Assembly: GCA_047601445.1 (NCBI GenBank) | Contig: JASGJH010000001.1 | Location: forward strand, 3,520,001 to 3,584,000 | Direction of reading: 5' to 3' | From: Myxococcales bacterium | GTDB lineage: Bacteria; Myxococcota_A; Polyangia; Polyangiales; DASUME01 | Length of the DNA: 64,000 bases | The notes under the pieces: generated by a model | Databases searched by the model: none | Seen by the model: the letters and a program-made list of their open reading frames with translations, nothing else | What the model was told of the DNA's origin: nothing | Shown here: positions 58,899 through 64,000 of the stretch, piece by piece | Layout of the letters: every line of letters starts with the position of its first letter | How positions within the stretch are numbered: the stretch's first letter is position 1 | Position numbers and translations under genes: made by a program

Positions 58899-60050
58899 AT
58901 GCAGTCACAAGTACAGCTGGCACGTGAAGCCTGGCGGAGTTACGCGTCCACCGGACGTCTGCGCCACGATCTGCTGCGTCCCGAGATCTACCGTTCATGG
59001 CAACGCTGCCATTTCGACCACGTGAGTCCCCGTCAGTTCCGCCCCAAGATCCTCGGACGCTCCGAGTCCGATCGCGTGCGCGCGCTCAATGCTCCGCTCA
59101 TCTACGCCGCCGCGCCCTACCTCAACGCGCTCTCCGAAGCCGCTGGCGATGCTCGACATGCGACGCTGCTCGCGTCCCCCGACGGCACGTTGATCGACCT
59201 ACGCGGCGATGAGATCTCGCTGCAGGGGGCCGACGCCATGCCGCAGCCAGGCACCCTGCTGGCCGAGTCAGCCGCCGGCTCGAACGGGATCGGCACGGCC
59301 ATCGCAGAGGGCAAGTACGTGGAGCTCTACGGAGCCGAGCACTTCATCTCGGGCTTCCACGACCACCTCTGTCTGGGCCTGCCGCTGCGCAACTCCGACG
59401 GTGAGCTCGCGGGCGCGGTCTGCCTCTCGGTGCGCTCCTCCGAGGCCGCGTCTCACTTGCGCGGGCTGTTCTTCGCCGTCGCGCGCGGCATCGAGTGCGA
59501 GCTGCGCGCCGAGACCATGCGCCTGCGCTTGCAGCAGCTTCAACAGGCGACCTCACGCGCTGCCCAGTCGATGGTGCTGCTGCACGAGGAGGTCGACCGC
59601 AGCCGCCTGCAGGCACGCCACGAAATCGCCAGCAGCGTGGAGACGCTGGCCCAGGGCTTTCCGAGTGAACTGCTCGAGCACGCACGCGACAGCCTCGAGC
59701 GCTATCAGCGCAGTGCGCGCACGTGGCAGCTGGCGAGCGGCGTCACGCTGGCCCAACCGATGAGCGCCCACGAGTTGGCCTTCAACGTGGTCGAGCTGCT
59801 GCAGCACGAGGCCCGCCTGCTGCGCGTCCGACTCGAGTTCGGCACCCACTCGGAACCCAGCAGCAGCCTGGCGAACCCGAGTTTCGTGCGGCTGGTCTTG
59901 GGCGAGACCGCGCAAGCACTCCGCAATGTGGGCCCCAAAGGCCAGGTCCGTCTGAGCGTTCAGGGCGATGGCGCGGTGTGCATCCACTCGCAAGCCGAGG
60001 ACGCCTCCCTGTGGATCGAGCGACGGCTGCCGAACCGCATGGCGGCCTGA
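58899..60050 (+). CDS. AcoR-type GAF domain protein lacking AAA+/HTH domains
   Basis: IYRSWQRC, ESAAGSNGIGTA and GAEHF. No Walker A or GAFTGA. GGAGG RBS. Confidence 0.8.
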   Translation: MQSQVQLAREAWRSYASTGRLRHDLLRPEIYRSWQRCHFDHVSPRQFRPKILGRSESDRVRALNAPLIYAAAPYLNALSEAAGDARHATLLASPDGTLIDLRGDEISLQGADAMPQPGTLLAESAAGSNGIGTAIAEGKYVELYGAEHFISGFHDHLCLGLPLRNSDGELAGAVCLSVRSSEAASHLRGLFFAVARGIECELRAETMRLRLQQLQQATSRAAQSMVLLHEEVDRSRLQARHEIASSVETLAQGFPSELLEHARDSLERYQRSARTWQLASGVTLAQPMSAHELAFNVVELLQHEARLLRVRLEFGTHSEPSSSLANPSFVRLVLGETAQALRNVGPKGQVRLSVQGDGAVCIHSQAEDASLWIERRLPNRMAA

Positions 60051-60074
60051 CGGTCCCGAGGCTAAGCCCTTCCC

Positions 60075-61614
60075 ATGAGGGGCACGGACAAGGCGACCTA
60101 TCAGGTCAGCGTGTTGATCGTGGGGGCTGGCATCAGCGGCATTGGCGCCGCCATTCGCGTGCGCGCCGAGGGCATCGAGGATGTCGTGGTGCTCGAGAAG
60201 GCCGAGGAGGTCGGCGGTACCTGGCGGGACAATACCTATCCTGGCTGCGCCTGCGACGTGCCGTCGGCACTGTACTCGTACTCGTTCGCGCAGAAGCAGG
60301 ACTGGAGTCGCTTCTTCGCGGATCAACCGGGAGATCCTGCGCTACGTGCAGGCCACGGCCGAGCGCTTCGACGTGCGCAGGCTGGTGCGCTTCGGAGAAC
60401 CCGTGGAGAGCGCCGCCTGGCACGAACGACGCGCGCGCTGGATCGTGGAGACCCCGCGCGCCCGCTACGAGGCTCGCCTGGTGATCTCCTGTGGGGGCTA
60501 TCTCCACGAGCCGCAGGTCCCCGAGCTACCTGGTCTCGAGAGCTTTCCGGGCACGGTGTTTCACTCGTCGCGCTGGCGCCACGATCATTCGCTGCAGGGT
60601 GAGCGCGTGGCGGTGATCGGCACGGGCGCCTCCGCCATTCAGTTCGTGCCGCGCATTCAACCTCTCGTGCGTAGCCTCACGCTCTTCCAGCGCACGCCGC
60701 AGTGGATCCTGCCCAAGCCCGATGCGGCGCTCGGCGAGCTACCCCAACGTTTGCTCGCGCTGCCCGGCGCGACCGACACCTTGCGGCGCCTCCTCTATCA
60801 CGGCTTCGAGGCACTGGGCGCCGGCTTCCGGCATCCCGAGCTCATGCGCAGCGCGGAGCTCCTGGCCAAGGCTCACCTCGAGCGCGCCGTCGGCGACCGT
60901 GCCCTCCGTCGCAAGCTCACCCCGGACTACGTGCTCGGCTGCAAACGGGTGCTGCTCTCCAACGACTACTACCCTGCCCTCAGCCAACCCAACGTGGAGT
61001 TGCTGGCCACGGGCGTGCGCGAGATCCGCGGGCGCTCGTTGGTGGGCACCGATGGTCAGGCACGCGAAGTCGACACCATCATCTTCGGCACCGGCTTTCA
61101 CGTCTCTGATCCACCGATCGCCACGCGCGTGTTCGGCCGCGATGGACGCTCGCTGGCAGAGGTGTGGGCGGGCAGTCCCGAAGCCCATCGCGGGACCACC
61201 GTGCACGGCTTCCCCAACTCCTTCATGGTGCTCGGTCCCAACCTGGCCATCGGACACAACTCGGCCTTTGTCGTGATCGAGGCCCAGCTCGACTATGTGA
61301 CCAGCGCTCTCCGCAGCATGCGCGAGCACAGGCTCTCGCGCGTGGAGGTGAAGCGCGAAGCCCAGACAGCCTACAACCGCGAGGTGCAGCGAGACCTCGC
61401 AGGCAGCGTTTGGAATGTGGGCGGATGCTCGAGCTACTACCTCGATGCCAACGGCAAGAACAGCATCGGCTTCCCCTGGAGCACGCACACGATGCGCAGA
61501 CTCTTGAGCCGCTTCGACGTGGAGAACTACCTCACCGAGGCTGCCGAAGGGCCCTGGCTGGGAGGTCCGACGCCGGTCGGAGCGAATTCCGGGACCGAAG
61601 GGCTAGCGTATTGA
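60075..61614 (+). CDS. flavin-containing (Baeyer-Villiger type) monooxygenase, +1 frameshift at ~60330
   Basis: GAGISG, GGTWRDNTYPGCACDVPS, FPGTVFHSSRW (FxGxxxHxxxW), GTGASA and GTGF. Removing one G gives ADQPEILRY. Confidence 0.92.
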
Positions 61615-61639
61615 AATTGTTTGCAATAAAGTGAAGGCC

Positions 61640-61655
61640 AGGCCACCAAATAGCT
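61640..61655 (+). promoter_or_regulatory. putative sigma54-like -24/-12 element
   Basis: AGGCCACCAAATAGCT fits GG-N10-GC and follows an AT-rich tract. Imperfect match. Confidence 0.35.
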
Positions 61656-61665
61656 GAACATTTGA

Positions 61666-61780
61666 CGAGCATAGAGCACGGGAGTACGGTGCTCTTCAGC
61701 GGGCCTTCTCAAGGGGTCGGCACCTAGTTGAAGTGGAGCCCCGGATAGGCATTGGTGCCTATGCCGGGGCTTTGCCTTAT
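61666..61780 (+). ncRNA. candidate structured sRNA or leader RNA (2-3 hairpins, the last terminator-like)
   Basis: AGAGCAC/GTGCTCT stem (61673-61695), a weak middle stem, and AGCCCCGG-ATAGGCA-ttgg-TGCCTAT-g-CCGGGGCT followed by TTGCCTTAT. Confidence 0.45.
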
Positions 61781-61809
61781 GGTGGCGGCCGCGAAGGTGA
61801 AGTGAAGCC

Positions 61810-62118
61810 ATGACCACGAGTTCCAAAGCCAGCATCGCGATCGAGCACGAAGAGGAGGACGGGCGCGGCGCCTTCTTCGTGGAGCGCCAGGGCATCCGCC
61901 TCGCGGAGATGACCTACTCCCGCACCGGCGAGCACCTGATCATCGTCGATCACACCCAGGTCGACGAGCAGCTGCGTGGGCTCGGCGTGGCCCGCCTACT
62001 GCTGGACACGCTGGTGGCCTGGGCGCGCCAGACCAAGACCCGGGTCGCGGCGACCTGCCCCTATGCGAAGGCGCAGTTCGAGAAGGATGGGAGTATCCAG
62101 GATGTCTACGAGCGTTGA
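61810..62118 (+). CDS. GNAT family acetyltransferase (YjdJ-like)
   Basis: AEMTYS, IVDHTQV..LRGLGVA and TCPYA. Confidence 0.9.
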   Translation: MTTSSKASIAIEHEEEDGRGAFFVERQGIRLAEMTYSRTGEHLIIVDHTQVDEQLRGLGVARLLLDTLVAWARQTKTRVAATCPYAKAQFEKDGSIQDVYER

Positions 62119-62184
62119 CTGGCTTCGGGGACGGCGACGAACCGCAACTAGATGCCAGCGCCCTGACTAAGGGGGGCCCCCGCC

Positions 62185-63964
62185 CTACGGCACAATCGGA
62201 GGCGGCCCGTCGGGCTCGACCGTGTACTGCCCGCAGCGCGCCAGGGTATCGCCGACCAGCACAATCTCGCCGCGCTGGATGTCGTACATCTCGTAGGTGG
62301 GCACGAGCTGCACGCTGCCGTCTTCCTGCACTTGAGCGCACCAGTAGAGGATGTTCGAGAGAACATCACCGGTCTTGGTGTCGAAGTCGAGGGGTCCCGA
62401 TGCGCCGATCAGATTCGATGCGGCCGCCGCTGAGCAGCTCCTTGAGCGCGCCGTTGATGCGCGTTCCGCCAACGTCGACGCGAGGCACACCGTCAGCCGG
62501 CACGAGCTTGCCGATTGCGGCCGCCAGATCGACGCCAACTGGATGGGCTTTGCCGGCCACCACCGATGCGTAGGCGAGGACGTAAAGGGCGTCGTAGGCG
62601 TTGGCGGAACCGAAGGTGATGGGCACCGGCGGGGCTTCGGCCTTGGACACGTAGAGCTGCTGGAACAACTCGTAATTGCCGCCCATAGCCCCGGGTTCGG
62701 TGCCCGACACGCGATCGGCCAGCTGCAGGGCGCCGTCGGGATCGACCTTCTCGATCACAGCGCTCAGCTCGGCCGTGTGCGCGCCGTCGGCGAACACGTA
62801 GCTGGGGCGAGCCCCATCGAGGTCGTCGTCCCAGGCGGCTTCGATCATCTCGACCAGGGTGGCCACCTCGGCGGTGCCGTAGAGCAGGACCAGATGCGGC
62901 TTGAGGGTGAGCACCTTGGCCACCGCCTCGTCGTATTGGATCGGCGCTGCCACGGGATTGCCCGGGTCGCCGTAGTTGAAGCGCGTCACGTAGGGCGCGT
63001 TCGGATCAGAGACGAAGCCATCGTTCCACAGCAAGCTGCGGGAGACGTCTTCGGCCAATCCGATGCCGTAGGGATCGCCCTTGTGCAGCAGCGCGAGCCG
63101 CATCGTCTTCGAACTGCCCCCGATGATGCCCTGGTGGGTCTGAATGATGCCGCGGACGCGGGTGGCGAGCAGGGTCTGGGCGCGCGCCTGGATGACGTCC
63201 GAAGGGGACGTGCGCCAGAGCAGGTTGTTGTCCATCAAGTCCGTCAAGGCCGCGCTGGTGGCCGACGGCGAGATCAAGAGGACCCCGGCGGGGATGGCGA
63301 TCTGGGAGGCCACGCTCAAGGTGATGCCGCTGAAAGAAGGTCCGATGATGGCACTGACGCCAAGATCGGAGACCAGGTGCTGGGCGCCTGCAATGGCCTG
63401 GGCCGTGTTGCCTGCGTCGTCGCAGTGCACCACCACGATGGGCCGACGACCGGTGTTCTCCACAGGAGGCAAGCCGTTGCCGCTCACGGTGAAGTCATCG
63501 ACGGCTAGCTTGATTCCCCACAAGTTCGAGAGGCCGGTGCTCGAGTTCGGTCCGGTCGTGGGACCGATGCTTCCGAGCAGCAAGGCGCTGTCGTTCTTGT
63601 AGTCCCCGATGACCTCGGTGCAGTGGTCGGCGAGCAGGGACACGCAGACGGCGCGCTCGTGGTGACAGAGGAAGTTCTCACCGAGTCGATCGACGCAGTC
63701 CTGGGTGTGAGAACACGCAACCTCGCCCGCGTCGGAGTCCGAGGCATCGGAGCCCGCATCGGCGGGCGCTTCGGGGGCGGCGTCGTGGCCCATCCCGCTG
63801 TCGACGTGGTCGTCGAGCGTGTCGTCGGGCGGCTCGGCCACTGGAATGGGCTTGCCAAGGGCATCCCTGCCGACGATGAACTCACAGCCAAAGGAGCTGA
63901 CCGTGCACGCCAGGCCGACTGCATACGCCGCGCGCAGGGCGCCTGAACGAAGTTGGGAGCTCAA
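62185..63964 (-). CDS. ABC-type (LivJ-like) substrate-binding lipoprotein, +1 frameshift at 62412-62416
   Basis: Lipobox SFGC, DAG linker, Cys-rich segment, AIIGPSFSG, ISPSATS, RTSPSD and AYDA. Removing one A gives RIDLIGASGPLDFD...PPIVP*. Confidence 0.85.
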
Positions 63965-64000
63965 TGTCGATCTCCGAGCGGGTCGTATTTTGGCGCGCGC
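63961..64000 (-). CDS. 3' end of upstream gene (partial)
   Basis: RAPKYDPLGDRH* whose TGA overlaps the TTG start of the next gene. The tail resembles myxobacterial Ser/Thr kinase ends but is too short to call. Confidence 0.3.
   Translation of the reverse strand, partial: RAPKYDPLGDRH

Noticed and set aside
61680..61690. 16S rRNA fragment or yybP-ykoY riboswitch suggested by GGGAGTACGG
   Set aside because: The match is about 10 nt and the flanking consensus elements are absent.
13476..62416. Widespread pseudogenisation or programmed frameshifting explaining the split genes
   Set aside because: The genes have no internal stops or decay after repair, the sites are not slippery sequences, and 8 of 10 share one error motif. 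Sequencing artefact is more likely.

Overview
High-GC window of about 55 tightly packed genes from a myxobacterium, most likely Polyangiales/Sandaracinaceae-like. The assignment rests on a MYXO-CTERM sorting tail, a TIGR02266-type PilZ protein, DAG/GDGDG-linker lipoproteins and a myxobacterial-type HppD. I found no rRNA, tRNA, CRISPR array, transposase or integrase. Most genes are metabolic, envelope or signalling genes. Main observations: (1) 8 of the 10 frameshifts I could reconstruct are the same +1 event, GATC read as GAATC or GATTC, pointing to a GATC-specific DNA modification visible through sequencing error. (2) A truncated-C/A/T/TE NRPS-like gene lacks the A-domain Asp235, has a Cys-nucleophile TE, is coupled to a GT2 and lies divergent from hppD. 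(3) A glycogenin/IPUT1-like GT8 lies next to a GH13 alpha-glucosidase. (4) A Coq7-spaced diiron protein is paired divergently with a COMT-like methyltransferase. (5) A candidate sigma54-driven sRNA of about 110 nt precedes a GNAT gene. (6) Three kinds of fold-back repeat occur: a REP-like element, a hexamer-periodic inverted repeat and an inverted heptamer array of about 700 bp. (7) A lower-GC islet encodes a lipase and a Cys-flanked hydrophobic hairpin protein. All family calls come from motif recognition by eye, not from database searches.
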